A DNA stretch of 64,000 nucleotides from an uncultured Chloroflexia bacterium. Lineage in GTDB: Bacteria; Chloroflexota; Anaerolineae; JAAYZQ01. Positions 1-10,795 of the stretch are shown here, one piece after another. The translations under genes and the position numbers were made by a program. The stretch is taken from assembly GCA_963700285.1 (NCBI GenBank), contig CAVOXA010000001.1, positions 1,664,001-1,728,000 of the forward strand, read 5' to 3'. The notes under the pieces were generated by a model. The model was not told the origin of the DNA and searched no databases. It worked only from the letters and a program-made list of their open reading frames with translations. Within the stretch, counting starts at the first letter, position 1. Each line of letters starts with the position of its first letter.

Positions 1-69
1 GCTATGCCAGGCTCATTGTAGCACAGGTCCTGTGAAAAGGGAAAACGGCATCCTTGCCCTTAAGATACG

Positions 70-3000
70 GTGCCCAGCAGCCCTTTGCTGGACTTCCAGC
101 CGTTCTTTCTTTTTGTGCTGGGTTTGCACTTTCCGGTCTCCTGCGGTACAATCTTGCCAGGTCTGGAGGTCGGGTTGAAGAGGTTCAGCGGATTGCATCC
201 AACCAAACAAGGTTTTGCCCGAAACGAGAAGCATCTCGGCGGGTGTGGGATGGCGGGCTCGCTTCTCTTGGTACTGCTGGCCTCATTCCTCTTACCCCTG
301 CCGCTGGCGGCCCAGACGCCAGAGCCGACGATCCCCCCGCTGACGGACGAGGATCTGTGGCTGGACGACGTCATGTCGCGGATGACTGCTGCCGACAAGG
401 TCGGACAGCTCTTCCTGGTCACCTTCCCGGGCAACGATGCGAGCGCTCTCTCGGATATCGCGCGTCTCGTACAGGTGTACCGGGTAGGCAGCGTAATCAT
501 CTATCCCGAAAATGAGAATTTTGGAAGCGACCTCACTGCCCCGCAACAGGTACTTTCACTGACGAACGCGCTGCAGGAGTTGGCCTTCACCGAATCATCG
601 CCCGTGACCCTAACGAAGACGGTACCTGTCACGGGTACACTACCCTTGGCGGCGACAGAGTTGCAGACCGACACTCAGCCGGTGACGATTACGAGCGTGA
701 TCACCGTCTCTGAGGTGGTGACGCTGCCCGCGCAGGGAATCCCCCTGCTGATCGCCGCCCACCAGGAGGGTGACGGCTACCCCTTTACATCTCTGCGCGG
801 AGGCTTTACCGACCTGCCAAGCAACATGGCCGTAGGCGCAGCCTGGTCCGAGGCCAATGCCGCTTTGATGGGCAGGATCGCCGGGCAAGAGTTGGAGGCG
901 GTAGGCGTGAACTTGCTCCTGGGGCCGTCCCTCGACGTACTCCATGATCCTCGCCCTGGGGTGAGCGGGGATCTTGGCGTGAGGGTCTTTGGTGGAGACC
1001 CCTATTGGGTAGGGAAGATGGGCCAGGCCTATATTGGCGGGGTCCGCCTGGGCAGTCAGGGAAGGGTGGCGACGGTGGCCAAACACCTGCCAGGACTGGG
1101 GGCGAGCGACCGCGCGCCAGAGGAAGAGATAGCCACTGTGGACGCGTCGCTGCAGGAACTGCGGCTGATCGAGCTGCCGCCCTTCTTTGCCGTGACAGAC
1201 GGCGACCCCATTACGGATACCACCGATGCCCTGATGACAGCCCATATCCGCTACCGTGGCTTCCAGGGGAACATCCGCTACGTAACTCCGCCCATCAGCC
1301 TTCACTCTCAGGGTCTGCAGGTCATCATGAATCAGCCTGAACTGATACCTTGGCGGGAGGCAGGCGGTGTCTTGGTCAGCGATTCATTGGGCGTGCCAGC
1401 GGTCCAGCGCTACTATTCCCCCGAACTGGACTCTTTTCCCCACCGCCAGATCGGGTTGGATGCTTTTCTAGCTGGCAACGATCTTTTGACGCTGTCGCAT
1501 TTTGCTCTGGATGGCACCTGGGAAGAGCAGATGCGCAACGTCGAGGATACGATCCTCTTTTTTCAGTCGCGGTACGAGGCCGACGACACGTTCCATGCAC
1601 GGGTGGATCAGTCCGTGCGGCGGATCCTGTCCTTAAAACGACGCATTTGCTCTGGCTTCTCACTGGAAGCCTGTACCGGCGGCGATGCGTCTCTGTCGAA
1701 CATAGGGGGTGCGCAAGGTCTTGTAGCCCAGCTTGCGCAGGAATCGGTGACGCTTCTCAGCCCGTCCACTGATGAACTCGCCGTTCGTCTGCCCCGCCCT
1801 CCGCGTTTGGACGAAGATATTCTGATCTTTACTGATGCGCGGGAGGTACGCGACTGCGAGGCATGCCCGCCTTTCTACCTCTTGGACCCAGCAATTCTCC
1901 GGGAAACCATTCTGCGCATGTACGGTCCGGATGCGACCGGACAAGTGGATCCCGATCGCGTTACTGCCCTCACCTTTGCCCAATTGCAGAGTTTTCTTGA
2001 GCTCGGCAGCCCGGATCTGGACGACCTCATCCGCAATGCAGAGTGGATAGTATTCGCCATGCTGGACTATGCGCCGGAGGCACATCCGACTTCCCAGGCC
2101 TTGAGGCAGTTTCTCCGTGATTGGACCGCCAGCCTGGAGACGCAGAACGTCATTGCTCTGGCCTACGAAGCACCCTACTATCTGGATACCACGGAAGTCA
2201 GCAAGCTGACGGCCTATTATGGCCTCTACAGCAAAGCGCAGCCTTTCATTGACGCCTCTGTTCGAGCCCTGTTTCTTGAGTTTGCTCTGACCGGGCGATC
2301 GCCGGTGACGGTGGAGGGGGTGGGTTACGATCTGGCCAGGGAGTTGGCGCCTGATCCCGAGCAGGTCATCTCTGTGCTGTGGGCCGACCAGCCTGAACCG
2401 GTCGAAGGCACGCCTCCGCCCGTCCAGTTGGATGTTGGTGACCCATTGCGTGTTCGTACCAGCGTCATTGTCGACCACAACGGGAATGCAGTGCCCGATG
2501 GGACGCCTGTTGTGTTCAACTATGTCTATCTGGATGAGGGATTGGGCGGGCAGGTTGAGGCGACGACGATAAATGGCATCGCCGAAACCACGCTTACGCT
2601 GGAGCATGCGGGTGTACTGGAGATCAGGGCCTCCAGCGAACCTGCCCAGAATACGCTACCGTTGCAGGTGCTCAAGTTGGGGGAGACAACCGAGATTCTG
2701 ACGCCAACGCCCACCCCCACGCCTACTTTTACACCTACTCCTACGCCGACGGCGACGCCAACATCGACACCAACTCCCACTCCAACTTTCACGCCGACCC
2801 CGACAGCAACCCCGACCGCGACACCTGCCCCCATCCTACCGCCGCCGCCTCCTCCCGAACCTCGCGTAGAATGGACGGATCTCGGGTTGGCAGGCCTGGG
2901 CATGGTTGGGGCTGCGGTACTAGTCCTAGTTGCGGCGGTCGCAACTGGTCTTCAGGTCGATGCGGGAAAGCCCGCGATACGGATGGCCCTGTGGAGCCTC

Positions 3001-3168
3001 GTGTGCGGCCTTGCGGGCTATCTCTTTTACAGCCTGGGACTGCCTGGCAGTAGCCTCTTGGAGGGAATGACGCCCGGCCTGCGCGGCCTCCTCATCGGTT
3101 TTGGTTGTGGCCTGGTGCCCCTCGTGGCTGTCGCCTGGCTGACTGTGCGGGAGGTAACCAGTAGCTAA
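70..3168 (+). CDS. Membrane-anchored glycoside hydrolase family 3 (NagZ-like) protein with Ig-like domain, Pro/Thr linker and C-terminal TM helices; true start may be near 250
   Basis: KVGQLF, HQEGDG, LPSNMAVGA, GVNLLLGPSLDV, KHLPGLG and VSDSLG GH3 motifs; signal-like hydrophobic N-terminus; (TP)n linker; three hydrophobic C-terminal segments. Confidence 0.85.
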   Translation: MPSSPLLDFQPFFLFVLGLHFPVSCGTILPGLEVGLKRFSGLHPTKQGFARNEKHLGGCGMAGSLLLVLLASFLLPLPLAAQTPEPTIPPLTDEDLWLDDVMSRMTAADKVGQLFLVTFPGNDASALSDIARLVQVYRVGSVIIYPENENFGSDLTAPQQVLSLTNALQELAFTESSPVTLTKTVPVTGTLPLAATELQTDTQPVTITSVITVSEVVTLPAQGIPLLIAAHQEGDGYPFTSLRGGFTDLPSNMAVGAAWSEANAALMGRIAGQELEAVGVNLLLGPSLDVLHDPRPGVSGDLGVRVFGGDPYWVGKMGQAYIGGVRLGSQGRVATVAKHLPGLGASDRAPEEEIATVDASLQELRLIELPPFFAVTDGDPITDTTDALMTAHIRYRGFQGNIRYVTPPISLHSQGLQVIMNQPELIPWREAGGVLVSDSLGVPAVQRYYSPELDSFPHRQIGLDAFLAGNDLLTLSHFALDGTWEEQMRNVEDTILFFQSRYEADDTFHARVDQSVRRILSLKRRICSGFSLEACTGGDASLSNIGGAQGLVAQLAQESVTLLSPSTDELAVRLPRPPRLDEDILIFTDAREVRDCEACPPFYLLDPAILRETILRMYGPDATGQVDPDRVTALTFAQLQSFLELGSPDLDDLIRNAEWIVFAMLDYAPEAHPTSQALRQFLRDWTASLETQNVIALAYEAPYYLDTTEVSKLTAYYGLYSKAQPFIDASVRALFLEFALTGRSPVTVEGVGYDLARELAPDPEQVISVLWADQPEPVEGTPPPVQLDVGDPLRVRTSVIVDHNGNAVPDGTPVVFNYVYLDEGLGGQVEATTINGIAETTLTLEHAGVLEIRASSEPAQNTLPLQVLKLGETTEILTPTPTPTPTFTPTPTPTATPTSTPTPTPTFTPTPTATPTATPAPILPPPPPPEPRVEWTDLGLAGLGMVGAAVLVLVAAVATGLQVDAGKPAIRMALWSLVCGLAGYLFYSLGLPGSSLLEGMTPGLRGLLIGFGCGLVPLVAVAWLTVREVTSS
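2701..2856 (+). repeat. Pro/Thr low-complexity linker coding repeat
   Basis: ACN-CCN codon repeats encoding TPTPTP...PPPPPP. Confidence 0.9.
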
Positions 3169-3192
3169 GGGTCACCCGCCAGGAGAAAGCTT

Positions 3193-4386
3193 CTACTCGA
3201 ACGAGCGAGTTGGCGTCGGGCTAGGGCGCGGTGTTGGCGTCGGACTGGGCGTTGGACTCAATGTAACGGTCGGCGTAGGGGTCGGTGTCCAGGTTGCAGT
3301 TGGCACAGGTTCAGTTGGTGTTGGTGTCGCCGTGGGTGGCGGGGGGATCATGCCTGGCCGCGCCGTGGCAAGGATCGCTGCCAGAAGCAGGGCGCCGATG
3401 AGTACCAGCAAGCCTCGATGCACCCGGATGTACTGAGCCAGGGGCTGATCCCGGCCAAAAAGCCGGGTAACTGTACGGCTGATGGGGCTGGCTGCAAACA
3501 GCTCTGTTTGAAGTTCGGCAATGTCGGCTGGGCGCTCATCGGGGTGCATGGCCAAGCCCCACATAATCGCCCTTTCGGTCTGGGGGGAAATGCTGGGATT
3601 GAGGCTTCGGGGTGTGGGAAGAGACCTTGGTTTAAGAAAACGTGCCTTGGCGTCCAGTGGCGGCTGTCCGGTCAGCAGGTGGTAGAGGGTTGCGGCCAGA
3701 GAATAGATATCGGATCGGGCGTCTGTGTGCCCTGTATCGCCACCATATTGCTCCAGCGGTGTGTACTGGACAGTCCCACGACCCTGGACAACCGTGATGG
3801 TCCGCTGGTCGTCAGGGATCAGGACCTTAACGAGACCAAAATCTACAAGCTTGACATTGCCTGACGGTGTGATTTTGATGTTGCTGGGCTTGATGTCACG
3901 GTGCAGTACCGGAGGAGTCTGTGTGTGCATGTAGCCCAGCGCATCGCACATCTGTGAGGCCCAGGCCAGCACCTGTCTTTCAGACAAGGGGTGCCCCTGA
4001 TGCAAGGCGCCAACCAGCATCTCATTGAGATCCTGGCCGGGGACAAAGTCCATGACCAGGTAATCGCGGTCATTGTCAGTGAAATAGTCTGATACTTTGG
4101 GTAGGTTGGGGTGATCCAGGCGGGCCAGCGTGCTCGCCTCTTGGTAGAACTGCTCGCGGCTCTGCTCCAGTTCGCTGTCCGAGATTTCGGGATCGGGCAA
4201 GGCTTCCTTGACAGCACACAGGCGCCCTTCAAGACGGAGGTCTTGGGCGCGGTAGGTCGCGCCCATACCGCCCCTTCCAACCAGTTCAATGATTCTATAG
4301 CGATCCCGCAGGATCGTTTCCGGCGATAGTGTTTGCGCCAATGTGGGCTCCGTACGGGCGGACCGTGATCCGCGATCATGGATCAA
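3193..4386 (-). CDS. Hanks-type Ser/Thr protein kinase with one TM helix and a Pro/Thr tail
   Basis: [31 protein letters not shown]; TM segment [15 protein letters not shown]. Confidence 0.92.
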   Translation of the reverse strand: MIHDRGSRSARTEPTLAQTLSPETILRDRYRIIELVGRGGMGATYRAQDLRLEGRLCAVKEALPDPEISDSELEQSREQFYQEASTLARLDHPNLPKVSDYFTDNDRDYLVMDFVPGQDLNEMLVGALHQGHPLSERQVLAWASQMCDALGYMHTQTPPVLHRDIKPSNIKITPSGNVKLVDFGLVKVLIPDDQRTITVVQGRGTVQYTPLEQYGGDTGHTDARSDIYSLAATLYHLLTGQPPLDAKARFLKPRSLPTPRSLNPSISPQTERAIMWGLAMHPDERPADIAELQTELFAASPISRTVTRLFGRDQPLAQYIRVHRGLLVLIGALLLAAILATARPGMIPPPPTATPTPTEPVPTATWTPTPTPTVTLSPTPSPTPTPRPSPTPTRSFE

Positions 4387-4649
4387 CTTGTTCAGGACGA
4401 GGCGCTTTCCGGCCGCCCCGCCGAAAACGGGCTTAGCTTAGCGCAGAATCGGCATCTTGTCAAGACAGGGTGCTTGTGATTAGCCACACACCCAAAATCC
4501 TTCCTTTTTGGAGCTTTGTGTTCTTTTTCATCGCGTTTTTGCATGGACAGGCTGGTGGGGGATCCTTCAGGCCCTGTCACCTTTCACCGGTTCGTGTTCT
4601 CAGAGCTTGCCAAGATGCGAAAAATCGCCACTAGGTAGGAGGTACGGAT

Positions 4650-5294
4650 ATGCCTGCCGAAGTCCCCATGCTGTTGATGATGGAAGGACAGAGTTATGGA
4701 CAGCGTTTCTTTGTGGATCAGCCCGAGTTGCTCATTGGGCGTGATGAAGGGTGTGACTTGGTCATTTCTGACCGGCTAGTGTCGCGCCGTCATGCCCGTA
4801 TCCGCCTCGACGGTGGTCAGTATTTCCTCGAGGACTTGAACTCAAAGAATGGTACCTTTGTGAACGGGCGGGAGATCAGCGAACCACGCTTGCTAGAGGA
4901 TGGGGACGAGATTCAAATCGCTCTGTGCTGCAAGCTGGCTTTTGTGGATGCCGAATCTACTGCGCCGGTCCTATTCGAGGAGCCACAATCAGGCCTGTAC
5001 ATGGACCTGGAGAGCAAGCGGGTGTGGATCGCGGGGCAGGAACTAGATCCGCCCCTTTCCCCGGCGCAGTACCGCCTACTGGAGTTGCTGTATCAGGATC
5101 CCGGGCGGGTTTACAGCCGCGACGATGTAGTCGAGGCTGTGTGGCCCGCGGATGACAGGGCTGGCATCTCGGAACAGGCCATCGATGCCCTGGCCCGTCG
5201 CCTGCGCGAGCGCTTGGTCGAGGCGGATCCTGCTACGCAGTACGTCGTGACAGTGCGGGGGCACGGTTTCCGCGTTGAGAACGTAGTTCTGTGA
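4650..5294 (+). CDS. FHA domain + OmpR-type winged-helix transcriptional regulator
   Basis: FHA motifs IGR, VSRRHA, SKNGTFVNG; wHTH motifs LSPAQYRLL, YSRDDVVEAVW, TVRGHGF; RBS AGGAGG upstream. Confidence 0.9.
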   Translation: MPAEVPMLLMMEGQSYGQRFFVDQPELLIGRDEGCDLVISDRLVSRRHARIRLDGGQYFLEDLNSKNGTFVNGREISEPRLLEDGDEIQIALCCKLAFVDAESTAPVLFEEPQSGLYMDLESKRVWIAGQELDPPLSPAQYRLLELLYQDPGRVYSRDDVVEAVWPADDRAGISEQAIDALARRLRERLVEADPATQYVVTVRGHGFRVENVVL

Positions 5295-5315
5295 GTACTG
5301 TTGAATGACTGGGGC

Positions 5316-6731
5316 TTAGCCCGGGACCATCGCGGCCGCTTGATCGCGGATTTGAGCCAGTTGATGGCCTAGCTCTTTCCGGTCGCCTTCTTCCAGGTCC
5401 TTACCTAGCAACTCCATGAGCTCCAGCAAGGGTGTACCAATCAGTTCTTGATATTCCTCTAGCAGGGCTCTTGTACCGTCGGGATATTCGGCAGCCAGAA
5501 GCTGGCTGATGAGTTGGATCTCGGGGGGTTGGTTCTCTTGGATCATCTGGATGACAACCTCGTTGATCCGGCCGAGTTTCTCCGCTTGTTCGGCCTGTCC
5601 TGACCGCTCGGCAGCCTGGAGCCTTGCAGCCAGAACCCCCACAAAGAGTTCATCGATTTGAGATGGATTTGAGCGAAGGGCCGCCTCCGGATCGTCACGA
5701 TTCAGCAGGTCTTGGATCTGCTGATCCGCTTGCTGGCTTGCCTGCTCAAATGCGGCGTCAACCTTGGCAGTCACGTCCAGAATCGTTTCGCGCAGGGCCT
5801 TGAGTTTCCCTGCCTGGTCCGCGTTCCCAACTGCTTCCGCTGCCTCAATGCGACCCGTCAACTGCTGGTAGAAGACATAGTCGATGCCCTGCCGGGCAAC
5901 GGTGACCATGGTTTCCACCTTGGCTTGCTGACCGGCAAGTGCCGCCTCGACTATTTTTTCCAACAGTTCCTCACGCGTGATGCCTTCACCCAGACTTCTA
6001 ATGGCCTCGTCCCGGTCCGCAATCTCCTGGCCTACTGTGGACCAATCCAGAAGCTGCTGCCGCAATCCCAACAACTCCTGTACGACTTCAGCCAGACCTT
6101 CTCTCTCAGCCATCTCGATGTGCAGAGAGAGCAGTTGGAAGAACTCGTAATCTATCTGGGCATTGTTCTCTCGGGCAATCGCCTGGCGAGCGTCCGGGCT
6201 GGTGGCGTGCATTAGCCGCTCGAGGAGGCCGGCTTTGGCCCGCTGGGCGGCGACCATTTCGGGTGTAATTCCGTCAGCTTCCAGGATGGCGTCCAGCATG
6301 GCCTGCAATTGGAGGAAGCTACGCGGTAGCAGCAGGTAGCCCTTTCGTTGTTCGGAAGGGAGAGCCATGATGATGCGATTGGTCAGGTCGCCGAGGATGC
6401 GCTGCTGTTCCGTGTCCGAACCACCCAGCCCGACTGGTGCAAACGTGAATAGCAGTTCTTTTTCCGGATCGTGGTAGACCAAGGGGGCGCTGAGAATGCC
6501 GGCATGGCCACATTGGGGGCAAACGGCAACATTGATCTGGCCGGACAAGAACAGGGCCTTCAGATCAGGATTCTGACCGACGTCAATGGCCATCAGTATC
6601 GGAGTCGAAAAGGGGGTGCCGCACTCTGGACAGGAAATGGAAGCCGTTTGGTACGCGGGTGAGCTCAAAGGAATGGTCCTTTCCGGTGGTTGGACAGACA
6701 GATCTGCGCCTTGGGATGCCGAGTGGGGCAA
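5316..6731 (-). CDS. CpXC-domain protein (start uncertain)
   Basis: CPECG...CPQCG...PLVYHDPEKELL N-terminal pattern followed by a long helical region. Confidence 0.75.
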   Translation of the reverse strand: MPHSASQGADLSVQPPERTIPLSSPAYQTASISCPECGTPFSTPILMAIDVGQNPDLKALFLSGQINVAVCPQCGHAGILSAPLVYHDPEKELLFTFAPVGLGGSDTEQQRILGDLTNRIIMALPSEQRKGYLLLPRSFLQLQAMLDAILEADGITPEMVAAQRAKAGLLERLMHATSPDARQAIARENNAQIDYEFFQLLSLHIEMAEREGLAEVVQELLGLRQQLLDWSTVGQEIADRDEAIRSLGEGITREELLEKIVEAALAGQQAKVETMVTVARQGIDYVFYQQLTGRIEAAEAVGNADQAGKLKALRETILDVTAKVDAAFEQASQQADQQIQDLLNRDDPEAALRSNPSQIDELFVGVLAARLQAAERSGQAEQAEKLGRINEVVIQMIQENQPPEIQLISQLLAAEYPDGTRALLEEYQELIGTPLLELMELLGKDLEEGDRKELGHQLAQIRDQAAAMVPG

Positions 6732-6864
6732 GTTTAGGCCAGAAGAGCCGATCTGTCAAATGGTTGCTGTTTTGTGTCGCCGGTGGTAGCCAATGTCACC
6801 CTGTGCCTGCTGAGTGAGTGCTTTGGCCGTAACCTGGCACTGCAGAATCGTTCGCGGGCAGGTG

Positions 6865-7377
6865 CTATTGCACCGCTTTGTCGAGCCACATGCTGAGGGA
6901 AAACCGGCCCTCAGTGGCAGCGTCCAGGAGGGCAGCGTGGGAGCGAGCGTTGTCCATCATACCGCCACGGCGATCGCTGGGAATGGCCAACGCCAGGCCG
7001 ATCTGGCCGATCAAAGCTCCCAAGCTCTCAACAAACTGAGCCCATGCTTCCATGATGGCCGTGGCGGGTACAGCCCCTGCTTCACGCATCTGGCTGATCA
7101 GACCCACCAGAGCTGGCCCCAGTGCTGAGAGGCTCGCTGCATCCTGTTGGTTGGCGAGAATGTGGGCAGCGTGGAGGATACAGGTTACTGCCTGGCCGGT
7201 AGAAGCCGGTCCGAGTTGGAGGGCCAAACCCATGGCCCGGACATAGCCATCAAGGGCCGCATCGACTTTGCCTTCGAGTAGCGCCTCCTCGGCCAGGCTC
7301 AATTCGGTCGCGAGCAGTGATGCTGCCCCGACTGGCGTCAGCTCTAGCTCTTGCGGTTCGGTCATCTTTGCCGGCAC
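6865..7377 (-). CDS. Hypothetical helical protein
   Basis: 170-aa Ala/Leu-rich ORF co-oriented with its neighbours. Confidence 0.55.
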   Translation of the reverse strand: MPAKMTEPQELELTPVGAASLLATELSLAEEALLEGKVDAALDGYVRAMGLALQLGPASTGQAVTCILHAAHILANQQDAASLSALGPALVGLISQMREAGAVPATAIMEAWAQFVESLGALIGQIGLALAIPSDRRGGMMDNARSHAALLDAATEGRFSLSMWLDKAVQ

Positions 7378-7469
7378 AGTTTGGCGCGAGCCAGAGACAA
7401 AGGAGGGTGGAGCCGGGGCCAGCCAATGTACCTGGTCCTATCGCGCTAGATTGTGCCTCCTTCGACCCC

Positions 7470-10400
7470 CTATGCTCTCCTGTCCAGGAAGCGTCTGACC
7501 ACAAGGATGTCATCGTGGAGTTGGAGCCGGTCGCCTGTCCTGAGGCTCTCCAGCGGTTTGCTGGACCAACTGCGGCCGTCGGCTCGAAAGATACCCAGGC
7601 GAGTTCCACGTTGGGTATGCCCTGTCTGAACGTAGCCCAATCCGGTCAGCCAGCCCTCGCTGTCAACGGAGCAACTGGTCACGGCTCCGACCACGCGCCC
7701 CTTGCGGCTGACGATGACATCTCCCTGCTTTGGTACCGGCGCGTGCTCCTCGGCAAAGCGGTAGCGTATCAGCCTTGCCTGCCGCCTCTGCTCGTGGGCC
7801 ATATACGCGTCTTTTCCCACAAAGAATGGCTTGTATAATTTCACATAAGGATCAAAGCCGGCATCGGCTGGATTCAGATCCAGCGGCCCAGCCAACTCGT
7901 GGCCATAGAGGGGCAGCCCGGCCTCGATCCGGAGGCTGTCTCGAGCTGCCAAGCCCACCGGCTGCAGGCCATACGATTCCCCAGCTTCCAGCAACGCGTG
8001 CCAAAGAGCGGGCGCAGCTGCGGGATGGACAAAAATCTCAAAGGCCATCGGTTCGCCGGTGTAGCCGGTACGGGCCAGGTAAAGATCATAACCTGCTAGC
8101 TGGCCGTGGATTATCTCGTTCCTCTTAATCTCTGACAGCGGTTCGCTGAGGGCATCCCCCTCATCCAGCATGGACTTTAGGATGTCGCGAGAGCGAGGAC
8201 CCTGCAGCGCCAACTGCACGCGCATCTGACCACCTCGCGCCGAATCGTGCATATCTCGGATGGCGATCCTTTCGGTGCCCAGCGCACGGGACCACGGCCG
8301 CTCCGTATCGATCATCACCTGCCCGCTACACACGGCATTGACCCAGGCCCAGTCCTTCTCATTGTTGGCTGCGTTGACGACCATCCAGAAACGGTCCTCT
8401 TCCAAACGGTAGATGTAGACGTCATCCAAAACGTGCCCATTTTGGTCAAGGAGAAAAGAGTACTGGGCTTGCCCGACATCCAACAACGAGATGTCGTTGG
8501 TGGTGAGGGTATTGAGAAACAGATGTATGTTGTCTCCTTCAAACTCAAAGAGCCCCATGTGGCTCACATCGAACAGCCCTGCTGCCTGGCGCACCGCCAG
8601 GTGTTCGTCCTGGACGGAGGCATAGCGGATCGGCATCTCCCAACCGGCAAAGGGAGCGATTTTTGCACCGGCTTTGCGGTGAATGTGGTGCAGGTTCGTC
8701 TGCCGGATTGGGGTGTCGGCAGGTTCTTCCCAGGAAAATACAGGCATGGACTCCATGTTGCCCGGAGCCTTTGCCCTTGCCCTCTGCCCGATCCAATAGG
8801 GTTTGTGAAAGGCCCAGCCAGTTGTTTCGTCATCCAAGTTCTCGAGAGAAGGAGGCATTGTGTCCCACTCTTCCGTTAGAACGTGCGACAGCCGGCGGAT
8901 CACGACCGGCCCTGGTGCCTTGGCAAAGACATCATCCACGTCCATGCGCACAAATCCATCGGATAGTGCGCGCAACCAGTGGGAAACGCGGGATTCGACC
9001 GATTTTCTGGTTAATAGCTGAAACCGTGTACTTGCCTCTCCCGGGCGCTTGAGCCGCCCGCAGCCCATTAGCCGCCCGTCCGGCTCCAGGATCCAGGTTG
9101 GCTGGCTTTCGCCTGGTTTGAGGGCATAGACGTCGTTGGTCATGGCCACGTTACAGAAGCCGCGAGCATGGATGCCCTCTATCTCGATGATGTCCCAGTC
9201 GCCGCTAGGGTCACTGGTTGGTTTGTACATAAAGTAGTGGTGCGGATAGCCGCTGGGCGCATAGTCGCGGGGCAGGTCAGCACTGACGCAGAGATCCACA
9301 ACATCCCACTTGACCTCCTCCAGCGCGTCGAAATCTACCTTGGCGCGGTAGATTGGCCCCTGCCGGCCGGCAAAGGCATAGGGGCTACATGCCTCCAATG
9401 TCCTGGCAATGAGCTGTGCCAGCGCTTTGATCTCCGGCGCAAGAAAACCACGCTGGGTGACCCAGGGGGTTCCCAGCCGGATGCCGCTGGGAGTGCGAGC
9501 GCTTCTGTCTCCAGGTATGGTGTTGCGGTTGAGCACAATCCCGGCCAAATCCAGAATTTGCGCGGCCACATCACCCATCAGAGGGGTGCCTCGCTTGCCG
9601 TCAGGGCTGACCCCATTGTCAGAGCGGATGCTCTTGCAGTCGACCAGAAGCATGTGTGTGTCAGTGCCCCCGTAGGGAATGCGCAGGCCATGCCCCTTCA
9701 ATTCCGCTGCAAGCTGCCTGGCGTTCTCCACGACCTGGCGCTGGAGCTGTATAAAGTCCGCTGATCTGGCCACTTGAAAGGCCACGGCCATACCAGCGAT
9801 CGCGTTGCAGTGCGGGCCCCCCTGTTCCCCTGGGAATACGGCGGCATCTACTTTGTTGGCCAGCTTCTTGTCCGTGGTCAGGATGCAGGCACCACGGGGA
9901 CCGTACAGGGTTTTGTGTGTGGTGAAGCTAATGACGTGGGCATGCCCTACCGGGCTGGGTACGGTACCAGCCGCCACCATGCCTGCAATGTGAGAGATGT
10001 CCGCCAGTAGGTACGCGCCGACGGAATCGGCGATCTGACGGAACCTGGCCCAATCTGGCGCCCAGGGGTACGACGTGTAGCCAGCGATGATCATCTTTGG
10101 CTTGTGACGGCGCCCAAGTTCCTCGATGGCATCATAGTCCAGCCGCTCGGTTTTTGGGTCGATGCCGTACGAAATGATGTTGTACAGCTTTCCCGAGCGG
10201 TTGGCTGGACTTCCATGGGTCAGGTGGCCGCCATGTAGCAGGTCCATGCCCATAACCGTGCTTCCAGGTGGGACCAGGGCCGCATAGATGGCGCTGTTGG
10301 CTGGGGATCCCGATAGTGGTTGGACGTTGGCCCAGATCTCCTCGGGTGGTACGGTATCCGTGGCAAATGCCTCTGCCGCCCGACGGCGGGCCAGCGATTC

Positions 10401-10703
10401 CAAGATGTTGACATACTCTACTCCCTTGTAGTAGCGGCGGTCAGAGTAGCGGCGATATTGGGCCATCTGAACTTCATAGTCCAGGATTTCTTCTTGAGAA
10501 GCGCCGTGGATATCAGGATCGGGGTAACCTTCGGCATAGATGTTCTGGAAAACCGAACCGAGGGCCTCACGTACTGCGGTGGGCGCCTGGCTTTCAGAGG
10601 GAATCAAGATCAGCTTGCGGGCTTGCCTCTCTGCCTCATGCTCAACCAGGCCGGCAACGGCGGGGTCCAATGATGACAAAGGGGCATGAAAGAAGTCCAG
10701 CAT
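7470..10703 (-). CDS. glyA: Serine hydroxymethyltransferase fused to glycine-cleavage T protein (SHMT-GcvT)
   Basis: LIPSES, YAEGYP, GGHLTHG, TTHKTLYGPRG, PGEQGGP (SHMT); FAGWEMP, LFDVSHMG, ARTGYTGE, RDSLRIEAG (GcvT); RBS AGGAGG. Confidence 0.92.
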   Translation of the reverse strand: MLDFFHAPLSSLDPAVAGLVEHEAERQARKLILIPSESQAPTAVREALGSVFQNIYAEGYPDPDIHGASQEEILDYEVQMAQYRRYSDRRYYKGVEYVNILESLARRRAAEAFATDTVPPEEIWANVQPLSGSPANSAIYAALVPPGSTVMGMDLLHGGHLTHGSPANRSGKLYNIISYGIDPKTERLDYDAIEELGRRHKPKMIIAGYTSYPWAPDWARFRQIADSVGAYLLADISHIAGMVAAGTVPSPVGHAHVISFTTHKTLYGPRGACILTTDKKLANKVDAAVFPGEQGGPHCNAIAGMAVAFQVARSADFIQLQRQVVENARQLAAELKGHGLRIPYGGTDTHMLLVDCKSIRSDNGVSPDGKRGTPLMGDVAAQILDLAGIVLNRNTIPGDRSARTPSGIRLGTPWVTQRGFLAPEIKALAQLIARTLEACSPYAFAGRQGPIYRAKVDFDALEEVKWDVVDLCVSADLPRDYAPSGYPHHYFMYKPTSDPSGDWDIIEIEGIHARGFCNVAMTNDVYALKPGESQPTWILEPDGRLMGCGRLKRPGEASTRFQLLTRKSVESRVSHWLRALSDGFVRMDVDDVFAKAPGPVVIRRLSHVLTEEWDTMPPSLENLDDETTGWAFHKPYWIGQRARAKAPGNMESMPVFSWEEPADTPIRQTNLHHIHRKAGAKIAPFAGWEMPIRYASVQDEHLAVRQAAGLFDVSHMGLFEFEGDNIHLFLNTLTTNDISLLDVGQAQYSFLLDQNGHVLDDVYIYRLEEDRFWMVVNAANNEKDWAWVNAVCSGQVMIDTERPWSRALGTERIAIRDMHDSARGGQMRVQLALQGPRSRDILKSMLDEGDALSEPLSEIKRNEIIHGQLAGYDLYLARTGYTGEPMAFEIFVHPAAAPALWHALLEAGESYGLQPVGLAARDSLRIEAGLPLYGHELAGPLDLNPADAGFDPYVKLYKPFFVGKDAYMAHEQRRQARLIRYRFAEEHAPVPKQGDVIVSRKGRVVGAVTSCSVDSEGWLTGLGYVQTGHTQRGTRLGIFRADGRSWSSKPLESLRTGDRLQLHDDILVVRRFLDRRA

Positions 10704-10795
10704 CGATTACCTCCTAAAGGGTTTCCGGAAACAGATCTGTGGATTGGTAGATTGGGGTACCACTCGTCCATCTACCTCTTTGCCGGTTTCCCGGT

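Noticed and set aside
2701-3350. CRISPR-like or DNA-level tandem repeats
   Set aside because: These are Pro/Thr linker codons with variable third positions; there is no repeat-spacer pattern.
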